From: Octopus sinensis
Taxonomy: Eukaryota
NCBI RefSeq assembly: GCF_006345805.1
Contig: NC_043011.1
Location: forward strand, 20,720,464-20,784,463
Direction of reading: 5' to 3'
Length of the DNA stretch: 64,000 nucleotides
Each line of letters begins with the position of its first letter. Within the stretch, counting starts at the first letter, position 1. Position numbers and translations under genes: made by a program. Below are positions 38,510-52,075 of this stretch, piece by piece. Below the pieces are notes generated by a model, which had not been told where the DNA came from, did not search any database, and saw nothing but the letters and a program-made list of their open reading frames with translations.

Positions 38510-41500
38510 ACCCACAAGGGGCTAAACATAGATAGGACAAACAAGGACAGACAAAGGTATTAAGTCGATTACATCGACCCCAGTGCGTAACTGGTACTTA
38601 TTTAAATGACCCCGAAAGGATGAAAGGCAAAGTCGACCTCGGCGGAATTTGAACTCAGAATGTAGCGGCAGATGAAATACTACTAAGCATTTCACCCGGC
38701 GTGCTAACGTTTCTGCCAGCTCGCTGCCTTCCGCAATCATAGTTTTCATAGACATTCTTCAGTTTTTCCGGTCAGCTCCCCAGCTGCTGACGTCATCCCA
38801 CAGGAAGACTTAATTCCAACTACTTCCAGTAATATGTCTGTATACGTTCTTTTTCATACGTCCAGGTTCATGTAGCAATTTACTGATCCATATATGTACA
38901 TGACCACCATCACATATTTTATGGAGATTCACAGTTCTTTGGTTAGAATTTTTTGTATTTCTGTAACCTCTGATTGGTTGTTCATCTCTATGGCAAGGGA
39001 GAGAATTGTCTTACCAGGAATCCATGTTATTTTTTTTCTTTCACTTGTGAATGGAAAAGAAATAAAGCTTATTGTCTTTATGCATTGGGCTAAATGCTTA
39101 GCAACATTTTGTCTCTCTTTACAATCTGAGTTCAAATTCTGCTGATCTTGACTTTGCTTTTCTCCTTTCTGGGTTGATAAAATAAGTAAGTACCAGTCAA
39201 GTACTGGGTTGGTGAAATTGACTAGCTCCCTCCCCTAACATATCAGGCCTTGTACCAATAACAGAAAAGATCATTTAATTAATTTGTTTAATATAAAGTC
39301 TAAAATCAAAAATTAAAATCATGTCAGTTCACTGAGTTCTAGATTTAAGAAATCCAACCTGTACTGTTATCTATTTAAAGTCTATCAATGAACTGTTTCT
39401 ACTAAATGCACAGCAGGATTGAAACCTGAATTACCTATTTCTTTATTACCCACAAGGGGCTAAACATAGAGGGGACAAACAAGGACAGACATAGGTATTA
39501 AGTCGATTACATCGACCCCAGTGCGTAACTGGTACTTAATTTATCGACCCCGAAAGGATGAAAGGTAAAGTCGACCTCGGCGGAATTTGAACTCACAATG
39601 TAACGGCAGACGAAATACTGCTAAGCATTTCACCCAACGTGCTAACGTTTCTGCTAGCTCGCCGAGTTCAATTTCTATGGCAATACATTAGATATTTCAT
39701 CTTAGGAGATGGTTGTAGGAACTGGTTTGACATGAAAGTATATTACATTAAGTGAGTTATGAGCAACATTTGCAAATGACAATAATTATGATAGATGTGG
39801 AATGTGTGAAATAAGCCAAAAGCTGCATGCAGAAGGAATTCTTTTATTCTTCTTGGGGTGTTATTTTATGATAACATTTACAAACAACTTGATTCGTTTT
39901 TTGACAAGTTATTTTATAAGGTATGAATTCACTGACAAATTCTGACTTGAATTTTTGTAAGAAACTTGTCAGATACAATAGTGTGCAAAAATTGCTGAAT
40001 AATAATTCACTAAAAGCCAGTCTGGATGCTACTTTAAAGTAGGTAAGTATTTTTATTGCCTTCCATTTAGTTCACATTTTTATGTGCAGCATAACAAAAT
40101 GTGCGTAACAAAATTAAAAAGATTTTTTTTTGTATTTGGTCAGTAAGTGTTAATTCCTATTTGCTTCTATTTAGAGAGCAAAAGAAATGATTTCTATTCC
40201 CTTCAAATAATGCTTTTGAAACTGACTTATTTTCCATTAGATTTCAAACAGATTCAGTACTATGTTGTTGAATCAGAAATATTTAATTCTTTAATGTTCA
40301 CAGGGGGCTAAACATAGAGAGGACAAACAAGGACAGACAAAGGTATTAAGTCGATTACATCGACTCCAGTGCGTAACTGGTACTTATTTAAATGACCCCG
40401 AAAGGATGAAAGGCAAAGTCGACCTCGGCGGAATTTGAACTCAGAATGTAGCGGCAGATGAAATACTACTAAGCATTTCACCTGGCGTGCTAACATTTCT
40501 GCCAGCTCGCTGCCTTCCGCAATCATAGTTTTCGTAGACATTCTTCAGTTTTTCCGGTCAGCTCCCCAGCTGCTGACGTCATCCCACAGGAAGACTTAAT
40601 TCCAACTACTTCCAGTAATATGTCTGTATACGTTCTTTTCATACGTCCAGGTTCATGTAGCATTTACTGATCCATATATGTACATGACCACCATCACATA
40701 TTTTATGGAGATTCACAGTTCTTTGGTTAGAATTTTTTGTATTTCTGTAACCTCTGATTGGTTGTTCATCTCTATGGCAAGGGAGAGAATTGTCTTACCA
40801 GGAATCCATGTTATTTTTTTTCTTTCACTTGTGAATGGAAAAGAAATAAAGCTTATTGTCTTTATGCATTGGGCTAAATGCTTAGCAACATTTTGTCTCT
40901 CTTTACAATCTGAGTTCAAATTCTGCTGATCTTGACTTTGCTTTTCTCCTTTCTGGTTGATAAAATAAGTAAGTACCAGTCAAGTACTGGGTTGGTGAAA
41001 TTGACTAGCTCCCTCCCCTAACATATCAGGCCTTGTACCAATAACAGAAAAGATCATTTAATTAATTTGTTTAATATAAAGTCTAAAATCAAAAATTAAA
41101 ATCATGTCAGTTCACTGAGTTCTAGATTTAAGAAATCCAACCTGTACTGTTATCTATTTAAAGTCTATCAATGAACTGTTTCTACTAAATGCACAGCAGG
41201 ATTGAAACCTGAATTACCTATTTCTTTATTACCCACAAGGGGCTAAACATAGAGGGGACAAACAAGGACAGACATAGGTATTAAGTCGATTACATCGACC
41301 CCAGTGCGTAACTGGTACTTAATTTATCGACCCCGAAAGGATGAAAGGTAAAGTCGACCTCGGCGGAATTTGAACTCACAATGTAACGGCAGACGAAATA
41401 CTGCTAAGCATTTCGCCCAACGTGCTAACGTTTCTGCTAGCTCGCCGAGTTCAATTTCTATGGCAATACATTAGATATTTCATCTTAGGAGATGGTTGTA

Positions 41501-43490
41501 GGAACTGGTTTGACATGAAAGTATATTACATTACGTGAGTTATGAGCAACATTTGCAAATGACAATAATTATGATAGATGTGGAATGTGTGAAATAAGCC
41601 AAAAGCTGCATGCAGAAGGAATTCTTTTATTCTTCTTGGGGTGTTATTTTATGATAACATTTACAAACAACTTGATTCGTTTTTTGACTACTGACCAAGT
41701 CAGTAGTGGGGGTGGGTGCGCTGAAAGTGTAACTGCTAGAATAAGAATAGCCTGGGCAAAGTTTAGGGAGCTCTTACCTCTGCTGGTGACTAAAGGCCTC
41801 TCGCTCAGAGTAAAAGGCAGACTGTATGATGCGTGTGTACGAACAGCCATGCTACATGGCAGCGAAACATGGGCCGTGACTGCTGAGGACATGCGTAAGC
41901 TCGTGAGGAATGAAGCCAGTATGCTCCGATGGATGTGTAATGTCAGTGTACATACTCGACAGAGCGTTAGCACCTTGAGAGAAATGTTGTACCTAAGAAG
42001 CATCAGTTGTGGTGTGCAAGAGAGACGATTGCGCTGGTATGGTCATGTGGCGAGAATGGATGAAGATAGTGTGTGAGAAAGTGCCAATCCCTAGCAGTTG
42101 AGGGAACCCGTGGGAGAGGTAGACCCAGGAAAACCTGGGACGAGGTGGTGAAGCACGACCTTCGAACTTTAGGCCTCACTGAGGAAATGACCAGAGACCG
42201 AGACCTTTGGAAATATTCTGTACGTGAGAAGACCAGGCAGGACAAGTGAGCCCAGCCCACTTATGAATGCCTTTCCTCCCTTGGACACAAAGACCGGCTG
42301 AGGCAAGCGAAGTCGATATAGAACCTCATCCGACGACAGACACCCATGCCAACCCCCCATGCTTGCGAAGACATGTTGGGGCAAGCGAAATCGAAATCGA
42401 AATCGAAACCGAATTGAACCAGCCAGGATCCCTGGCCTGGTGGTACGTAAAAAGCACTATCCGACTCGTGGCCGTGGCACGTAAAATACTCCAATGCGAC
42501 CGTACGACAGGCACCCATGCCAACCTCCTTTGCTTGTGAAGACATGTTGGGGCAAGCGAAATCGAAATCGAATTGAACCAGCCAGGATCCCTGGTCTGGT
42601 GGTACGTAAAAAGCACTATCCGACTCGTGGCCGTGGCACGTAAAATACTCCAATGCGACCGTACGACAGGCACCCTTGCCAACCCCCTTTGCTTGTGAAG
42701 ACATGTTGGGGCAAGCGAAATCGAAATCGAATTGAACCAGCCAGGATCCCTGGTCTGGTGTACGTAAAAAGCACTATCCAACTCGTGGCCGATGCCAGCA
42801 CCGCCTCGACTGGCTTCCGTGCCGGTGGCACATAAAATACACCAATCTGACCGTGGCCGTTGCCAGCCCCGCCTGGCACCTGTGCAGGTGGCACGTAAAA
42901 AGCACCCACTACACTCACGGAGTGGTTGGCGTTAGGAAGGGCATCCAGCTGTAGAAACATTGCCAAATTAGACTGGAGCCTGGTGCAGCCTTCTGGCTTC
43001 CCAGAACCCCGGTCGAACCGTCCAACCCTTGCTAGCATGGAGAACGGACGTTAAACGACGATGATGATGATGATGATTTTATAAGGTATGAATTCACTGA
43101 CAAATTCTGACTTGAATTTTTGTAAGAAACTTGTCAGATACAATAGTGTGCAAAAATTGCTGAATAATAATTCACTAAAAGCCAGTCTGGATGCTACTTT
43201 AAAGTAGGTAAGTATTTTTATTGCCTTCCATTTAGTTCACATTTTTATGTGCAGCATAACAAAATGTGCGTAACAAAATTAGAAAGATTTTTTTTTGTAT
43301 TTGGTCAGTAAGTGTTAATTCCTATTTGCTTCTATTTAGAGAGCAAAAGAAATGATTTCTATTCCCTTCAAATAATGCTTTTGAAACTGACTTATTTTCC
43401 ATTAGATTTCAAACAGATTCAGTACTATGTTGTTGAATCAGAAATATTTAATTCTTTAATGCTCACAGGGGGCTAAACATAGAGAGGACA
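38510..43490. repeat. Near-identical ~1.79-kb tandem duplication; second unit interrupted by an RTE
   Basis: Period 1786 bp (38521 vs 40307); identical ORFs at 38894 and 40678; unit 2 resumes at 43078. Confidence 0.95.
41688..43077 (+). mobile_element. 5'-truncated RTE-clade LINE, young copy
   Basis: ARIRIAWAKFRELLPLL...LHGSETW...RRLRWYGHVARM; 3' UTR with ~160-170-bp tandem repeats (42340-42800); (GAT)n tail; absent from the duplicate locus at ~39905. Confidence 0.93.
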
Positions 43491-44405
43491 AACAAGGACA
43501 AAAAAAGGGACGATGTCAATTACATCGACCCCAGTGCGTAACTGGTACTTATTTAAATGACTCCCGAAAGGATGAAAGGCAAAGTCGACCTTGGTGGAAT
43601 TTGAACTCAGAACGTAGTGGCAGACGAAATACCTATTTCTTTACTACCCACAAGGGTCTAAACACAGAGAGGCCAAACAAGGATAGACAAACGGATTAAG
43701 TCGATTATATCGACCACAGTGCGTAACTGGACCTTAGTTTATCAACCCCGAAAGGATGAAAGGCAAAGTCGACCTCGGCAGAATTTGAACTCAGAACGTA
43801 TCGGCAGATGAAATACTGCCCGGCGTGCTAATGTTTCTGCCAGCTCGCCACCTCTGAATCAGAAATATTGTTATAGCAAATATTCTGTTCAATACCACAG
43901 ATTTTCTTGTCAGTTGCTTGACCATAATCACTTGAGCATGTCCCTTTATGGCTGACAATGTGCATCTCTGATCATGAGCAGGAGTAGTGGGGGAGAATCA
44001 TATTCATGTGTTTAGTGGGATTCCTTGAGGTTTTAATAACTATTGGAACAAAAGCAAAGTTTGAAGAAATATTAACCTTTTTTCATACTTCATAGGGGTA
44101 AGAAATAGAAAATAACAGCTGCTACCCAAGTTCAAAAATCGTGTTACCTAATGTAATATTAACTTTTTTGACTTTAGTTTGCAAATTTGAACATGAAGTA
44201 AATTCTTATAAATTATAATGAGAAGGCACAGGAGTGGCTGTGTGGTAAGGAGCTTGCCTACCAACCACATCGTTCCGGGTTCAGTCCCACTGCATGGCAC
44301 CTTGGGGAAGTGTCTTCTACTATAGCCTCGGGCCGACCAAAGCCTTGTGAGTGAATTTGGTAGACAGAAACTGAAAGAAGCCCGTCATATGTATGTATGT
44401 ATGTA

Positions 44406-44441
<36 letters not shown>

Positions 44442-44857
44442 TGTATGTGTACATGTTTGTCTGCCCCCCCCCCGCACAACATCACTTGACAACCGATGGT
44501 GGTGTGTTTATGTCCCTGTAACTTAGCAGTTCAGTAAAACAGACCGATAGAATAAGTACTAGGCTTACAAAGATTTGCTCAACTAAAGGCAGTACTCCAG
44601 CATGGCTGCAGTCAAATGACTGAAACAAGTAAAAAGGTTAAAAAGATAGAACAGCAATTTTTTAAAGACCATATTCCTTGATAAAGCAGAATGTAGCTTT
44701 GCAGGTTCTATGACAGTCTTTTCCATTTTTACGTGCCACCAGCACAGGGGCCAGAGGAGGCTCACTAAGCAATATTTTGATCAAAGGCAGTCAAACCATA
44801 ACCATTCCATTCTCTTTTTTTTAAATCATGGTCTATCTAGAAATACAATTTCCTTAA

Positions 44858-45077
44858 CCCTTTAATGTTTAAACCGGCCATATCCAGCCAAAATATTCTA
44901 CCTATTTTATGTTCAAACTAGTCAGATATGGTCATTCATAGCTACCTTATTGTGTCATTTTAAAAATAAACAATCACATCATTGAAATCTCAAAGTCATG
45001 AAATGATGCAAGATTAATTTTACATGGTGTGAATACATAAGCTTTACATTTGACAGAATAATCTGAATGCTAAAGGG
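44858..45077. mobile_element. piggyBac-like MITE (relatives at ~45723-46350 and ~54187-54380)
   Basis: TTAA-CCCTTTA ... TAAAGGG ends; shared internal sequence among three copies. Confidence 0.55.
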
Positions 45078-46700
45078 ATATATATGTCTTTTTTTTTCAT
45101 AATTGAAGGTTCTCAATTGAGAGAGTTTTGGCTACTATTTCTAGCAAGGTATTTGTCAGGACAACACAGTCTTACTCTTTTGCTTGAGTGAGAGAGTGTT
45201 TGATGTACAATGTGAACTTGGCAGGAGGGACATGTTGAATGCAAGATGATGGAAGTAAAACATTGGACACTTGAAACATGGGTGCCCTGCAAGGCTGGCC
45301 TTAGGATTTCTGGTACTCCAGGCAAGTGGATTTTCTGTACCTTTATAAATATAATGTCGACCTCTGTATATTCATCCAACCTGTTAGAAACAGTCAAATT
45401 GCCCTCAAATCAAGATCCTGTTGTCTTAAAAGATGGACACATAAGAGGATCTAGTCCTAGTAGTACAGAAATATGTGGAATGCTTTTGATCATAGGACTG
45501 ACCTCTCAGCCCTGACCTGGACCTAAACAACAAAATCTGTGCAAAAAATGCCCTGAAAATAGAAAGAGAAAAACATATTAAGATTGTAAATACTCCACCC
45601 ATTATGATTAACCATTGCATGCTGGAATTATTTTACTCTTTCAGTCAGGAGAGAAATTGTAGTGGAACCCGTCATATAAAAGATATAAAGTATCATGCTC
45701 TTCGATCATGTATATGCATTTAACCTTTTACCATTTAAGCCACCTATATCCAGCCAAAATATTCTATTTGTTTAAGGCGGCGAGCTGGCAGAATCATTAG
45801 CATGACGGGCAAAATGCTTAGCAGTATTTCGTCTTCCGCTACGTTCTGAGTTCAAATTCCGCCGAGGTCAACTTTGCCTTTCATGCTTTCGGGGTCGATT
45901 AAATAAGTACCAGTTGCACGCTGGGGTCGATGTAATCGACTTAATCCCTTTGTTTGTCTGTGTTTGTCCCCTCTGTGTTTAACCCCTTGTGGATAGTAAA
46001 GAAATAGGTATTTCGTCTGTCTTATATTCTGAGTTCAAATTCCGCTGAGGTCGACTTTGCCTTTCATCCTTTCAGGGTCGATTAAATAAGCACCAGTTAC
46101 GCACTGGGGTCAATGTAATCGACTTAATCCCTTTGTTTGTCCTTGTTTGTCCCCTTGTGGGTAGTAAAGAAATGAATATTCTATTTGTTTCTGCTTCAAA
46201 CCGGCCAAATCTGCCTTGTCACACCAACCCTACAATATCATACTAAAAGTTAACAAACACTTTATTGAAATCTCAAGATAATGAATAATTAATTCAAAAC
46301 AATGTGAATTCGTAACCAGTACATTTGACAGAGTATTCTGATGTTAAAGGATTAATATGATACACAAGTGGTGATTTTAATTTAATTTTTTTTCACTTGC
46401 ACTCACCAAGAGACATGATGTTTCTGGAACAATAATAAAACCTGGGTCACAATTAGGTCATTCCACTGGAGTGTCATATGTATGCTTGACCTGAGACCAC
46501 ATAACAACCACATTGTAATAGACAGATAATGCAAGTGAATGCAATTGAGTGAAGTAGATTAGACAGGGATCATGGAAATCTTATAGAAATCAGTATTTCA
46601 GAAATTGGATAGGTGTATATACCAGATATTCATACTTAAGTGTTTTGTTTTGCTGTCTCTTCCAAGTTGACCTTACTAGCAAAGGTCAAATGAAAACTAG

Positions 46701-46761
<61 letters not shown>

Positions 46762-47378
46762 ATAGGAGGAGGAGGAATGGGCAAATGTAGAGGAAATGGA
46801 AATGGATATTGATGGTAAAATTACATGCCCCCCACACTCAAAAACCATTCATGCATACATGCGCGCACGTACACACACACACACACATACACACACACAC
46901 ATAAACACACACACATACACACAAGTGCACATGGCACATAACGTGCCTAAACTTTTGTTTATTGGGTTATATAGTATTTATAGTCGTCTTGTTACTTATT
47001 CCAAACATGAAAATTTATGTTGTTTCTGTACGTCCTAAAAGTCTTCCCTTCCACAGTTTTTATATGTCATTTATTTTTTATTTGTTTCATTCATTAGACT
47101 GCAGCACCATCTTGGGGTATTTTTAGTCAACTGAATCGACCCAGGTACTTTTTTTTAAAGCCTGGTATTTATTCTGTCATTCTCTTTTGCTGAACCGCTA
47201 AGTTACGGGTATCTAAACAGACCAACACCAGTTATCAAGTGGAGTGTTTGGATGGAACAACCACACACACGCACACACGCACACACACACACACACGCAC
47301 ACACACACATACATCTATATATACAAAAAGGGGTTTGTGTGTGTGTGTGCGCGCATATGTTCCATCTGCATTAAAAAA

Positions 47379-47442
47379 TGGCATAGTGGTTAAGAGTGCG
47401 GGCTCCTAACCCCAAGATTCCAAGTTCGATTCTAGGCAGTGA

Positions 47443-47478
<36 letters not shown>

Positions 47479-47634
47479 CAACAACAACATCGAAAAATAC
47501 CTTAGGAATGAGAACCCAGGTTCAAAATTTCCCCAAGACACCTGATGAAGGCTGGAGGGTATATCAGCCATAATGTGTTAACAACAAACAAGATGAGGAC
47601 AAATATCCATCAAATGTAAATAATGTAAATAATG
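47379..47634 (+). mobile_element. tRNA-headed short element with an (AAT)n spacer and a decayed hammerhead-like 3' module
   Basis: A box TGGCATAGTGG 47379-47389, B box GTTCGATTC 47424-47432, acac-CTGATGA-a-ggctg...cagcc...gtgt 47538-47578; partial copy at 49608-49720. Confidence 0.65.
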
Positions 47635-47635
47635 A

Positions 47636-49651
47636 GCATATGAGAGTTTGCAAGGATATCCAGTCTTAAACTTTTCTGTGATGGCCTGTAGGGTTATGAA
47701 AAATAGGAGAGGACTGATGTCTGAGTCACGATGAACTCCTACTTTCACACTAAATTCATCACTGAAATTGTTGTTAACTTTCACTTTACACATTTTATAT
47801 ATAGCTTGTACATTGCCATTTGTCTATACTCAGTTTCCTCAGTGACCACCAAATTACTGAGCATGACACTCTCTCCAGATCAATCAAAGCCAGGAATAAT
47901 GGTTTACTCTTAACCACATATTTATCCAGCTGTTTCTCACTAGGAAGACTATATCTCTGCTGCCGTTTCAAGGACAGTGTAAAACTGCATTTCATCTAGG
48001 TCTACTCTGTTACACATCAATTGTGCTATGACTCTTTCTTTGACTTCTATAATCTAATCTAATGGCTTGATCCTGCTTGATTGCTCTGTAGTAATTTACA
48101 ATGACACTATTTTGCCAGGCATTGGGTATGATTCCTTCTTGTATGACTTGATTAACTATCCAGGAGGTAATCCTGTACTCTACCTCACTGGATATGTTGA
48201 GTATTTCTGCAACTATTCCTGATGGAACCTGCAGCTTTCCCTTTCTTCATGTTCTTGATTGCCTTATTTACCATGCTCCAGTCAACTTGATTGCTGGTCC
48301 CTCTGTAGAATCAGCATGAGGTAACCCCTCTTTATCCTATATGTTCTCCACATTCAACATCGTCTCGTAATAGCACTTCCACACCAATTTCTTGTCTTCA
48401 ATGGTGAGTATCTCTTCATTATTCTGAATACACTTATCCCCATTGACATCTCTGTTCTCTCTCATATATTGCTTCACAATTGTGAATACTTCACACCTCT
48501 GACCTTCACATTGCAGTACATGCGCAAATCTCTTCCTTTCTGCCTTACCTTCAGCCAGATATACCTATCACCTAGCTGCCTTTCTAGCCACTTAGTAAAA
48601 GCTTCCTACCAGCATCTTCCTTCCAAATTTTCTTAGCCTTCACTGCTAATTCAACCTTCTCATTCCAACACCATGTTATTTTTGGTTTAGCTGGAACTTT
48701 ACAACATCCACATGTCTGATCTGTGTCCTAAAGCAGGTTATTTCACTGAAATCTTCAGCTGTCATCTCTACCAAAGGAACCTAATTCTACCTCCCTACAG
48801 TCATATGAGTCAAATAGAATTTCCCTAAATCTATTCCCAATTACTGATTCATTTAGTTTCCATATCTTCCTTCTCAAAGTTGTTTTTCATTTCTAAGTCT
48901 GCCTAGCTCTGACTCTGAAGTCACTAGCCACTAATCTATATTGTATGATGCAGTCTTCACAAGGAAAAGTTTTGATATTTACAATTAGAACTCCTGTTCC
49001 ATTTCATGATAAGAATGTAATTTATCCAACATGTATGTTTACAATATTGGTAGCAGATGAAATGGTTGACTGGTTTTCTAAAGTGTGTGTTACAAATTGT
49101 TAGATGAATTGCTTCACAGGACTCCAGAAGCCTACACAATCCTCATTTCTTGAACCATAACCATAAATTCTATGTATGTTGTAGAAGCCATCAACATATT
49201 AGCAAACACGTCAGTTGAAATAACAATAATGAGGTCGCTGTTAGTCATCATTGAGGAAGTCTACAGAAGAGTCTCATAGAAACAGTCCCTCTGTTCTTCT
49301 GGTAGCCCTGCCTGCAGAGCATATGCCAAGATAAAGGCTGCTATTGAGTTACCCATGATTAGTCCCAATTTAATTATCTTATCACATTCCCTGATTACCT
49401 TAATTGCTTAATCCTCTTTGCAGCTAACAATAAGCTTACTCCATCTCTGCTACCACTATTACATACTGAGATGAATTTTATTGCTGCCTCTTGCCTATGC
49501 GGAGTTTGGTTGAGGATTCCTTCCATCTTACTTCTTGCACCTAGCACACATCTACTCAGCTCCACTCCAACATCTCCACAATCTCAATAGGGGCTACCTT
49601 TTATCATTCTGAGTTCGATTCCAAGCAGTGGGCTGAACAATAATAATAGTA

Positions 49652-49686
<35 letters not shown>

Positions 49687-49750
49687 TATAATAATAATAA
49701 TAGTATCGAAAAATACCTTTTATCATACCTATGCATATGGTTGCCATCAT
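47636..49750 (-). mobile_element. Old RTE-like LINE (APE endonuclease to RT), heavily decayed
   Basis: EIVEMLE..VDVC, ICNTHFRKP, FLALIDLE, KVGVHRDSDISPLLF remnants. Confidence 0.78.
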
Positions 49751-49949
49751 AAAGTTTTGGATTTTACAGGAAAAGTGAATGTGATTTCAGTGGCAAAGAT
49801 GTTTGCTTGATGGTACATTATGGTATGACTGTATCAGTACCTGTGGGAAAAAAGAAAAGTTGGGCTTTGCTTTGCTGCCAATTAATGGATTTACACACAT
49901 GATAATTTTTACCTTTTCATAAAATTTCCCATCATTTATTCATTCATTC

Positions 49950-50937
49950 TCCAATACATACATACATACATACATACATACATACATACATACATACATA
50001 CATACATACATACATTTGAGGCCCTAGGATATGTAATACACTGCATAAAAATACCAATCTTGAGAAATTAGGCTTCTCAAAACCAGAAAGGAGAAAGCTA
50101 ACTCGAAGACTACAGATCCAATCCATCACTGGAATTGTAAAAATCTGTAAAACTTTCCAGAAGTTTATCATTTAAATATATATGAGCATGCCTAGATATG
50201 CAAATATATGAATGAGGATACATACATAAAACACACAAACATTACATACATACATACGTACATACATACATACATACATACATACATACATACATACATA
50301 CATACATACAAAAATACCCTGTTGTTTATGTTGAAATTCCAATGAAGGAGCCTTGGATGTAGGTTAGAAACAAGTTCTTTCTCGGTTGGCAAGAAATCTT
50401 GGAATAAACTGAATAATGACATACATACATACATACATACATACACACACACCACACACACACACACACATACATACATACATGCATACATGCATACCCA
50501 CCCACCCTTGCTGGAATTCCAATGAAGGAGCCTTGGATCTAGTTTAGAAACCGGCTCTTTCTCTATTGGGGAGAAATCTTGAAATAAAATTGAATAATGA
50601 CACACATACAAATAATACATTAGATAGATGATGATACAGTCCAGCAATGAGGAACTGATGTCGCTAATATACATACATGTACATGTACACACATATATAT
50701 TTTGATTATTAACATAGCTTAAGTATAAATTTCATGATTATGTTCCACACCACTCCACCCAGAACTAGTAACTGATAAGGAATGTTTGCTCTAAGCACAT
50801 ACATACATACATACATACATACACACATACATACATACACGCAAACATTACATATATACATACATACATACATACATACACGCAAACATTACATATATAC
50901 ATACATACATGGATACATACATACATACACACAAACA

Positions 50938-50968
<31 letters not shown>

Positions 50969-51052
50969 CAAACATACATACACACAAACATTACATACAT
51001 ACATACACACAAACTTTACATACATACATGCATACATACATACATACATACA

Positions 51053-51083
<31 letters not shown>

Positions 51084-51240
51084 GTACGGACACCCACACA
51101 TACTAAACCACTTTCACAAAAGCTACATACACTCATACACTGCTAGATATATAAATGTACACATACACATGCACACACACACACACGTTTACACATGTAC
51201 ATGCAGACAGATACACACACATGTTTGTGTGTACATACAT
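49950..51240. repeat. (TACA)n microsatellite field with two embedded ~110-bp repeat copies (50310-50420, 50505-50600)
   Basis: Direct reading. Confidence 0.9.
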
Positions 51241-51559
51241 TATTGTCGTCGTCATCGCCGTCATCATCATCACCATCATCATCATTTAACATCCGCTTTC
51301 CATGCTGGCATGGTTTGCACAGTTTGACAAGAACTAGGCAGCTGTGGAGCGACCCAGGTTCCAATTATCTGTTTTGGCATGGTTTCTACAGCTGGATACC
51401 CTTCCTAAAGCCAACCACTTCACAGAGTGTACTGGGTGCTTTTTACATGGCACCTTGATTGAGGAGTTGTAGTATTTGAGCCACTCAGTAACTTCTGCTG
51501 ATAATTAATCATCTGGCCTAACGGCTCTCCATGTTTGTTTTAGTTAGGTTTGTTGTATG

Positions 51560-52075
51560 TCTTGTCAGGTCAGGTCTGTTGTATGCAGCATCGGATCCTA
51601 CTACTGGTAAACTGTAAACCAGTACAACCTGTGTCAGTGGGGTAGAAAGGGCTCCTTAGCCATAGTGAAGGCAATCTATCTAGGGAGATAACCTTACAAT
51701 AAATCACTCGGTCCGTAGCTTAGAAATACTGGGTTGACGTCCAGCAAGAACAGCTTTGTTTTATGGAGGAGGAAAGATCTTCTTTAGTACTTGGTTGTAC
51801 AATGCTTTCCAATGTGTGTAGTAGTGGCGCGCGCACACATTATTAACCATTTGAAAAGACTATGGAATTTACAATTAACTGCACCAGGGTTCCTCTTCCC
51901 CAGGGAACCAGACCTAATGGTATACCTGCGGATGTAGGTCCAGCCCCTGCTTTGCCAGGTCCTGTCTCTATCCAGCAACAGGACCTCCGTAATGCCATGA
52001 TGGACCGTGAAGTCTGGCGAAGCATGGTAAATTCCATTGTCTCCACCACGGTCGAACAATAATAATAATAATAAT
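51560..52075 (+). mobile_element. Short RTE-derived element
   Basis: 3' end encodes QQQDLRNAMMDREVWRSMV, typical of RTE C-termini; (TAA)n tail; 5' boundary uncertain. Confidence 0.55.

Noticed and set aside
39921-40042. Possible + strand exon (ataAG ... GTAAGT), duplicated at ~43086-43207
   Set aside because: The only open frame stops just before the donor and has no recognisable homology; a lncRNA exon cannot be supported from sequence alone
42340-42800. Regularly spaced repeats resembling a CRISPR array
   Set aside because: Whole units repeat with no unique spacers; they lie in an RTE 3' UTR in eukaryotic DNA
47379-47445. Functional tRNA gene (also applies to the other SINE heads)
   Set aside because: A and B boxes are present but there is no complete cloverleaf or acceptor stem, and it runs into repeat body sequence
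50192-51364. Long ORFs of MYVC/HTYI repeats (also at 5779-6074 and 58136-58460)
   Set aside because: Translations of (TACA)n/(TA)n microsatellites
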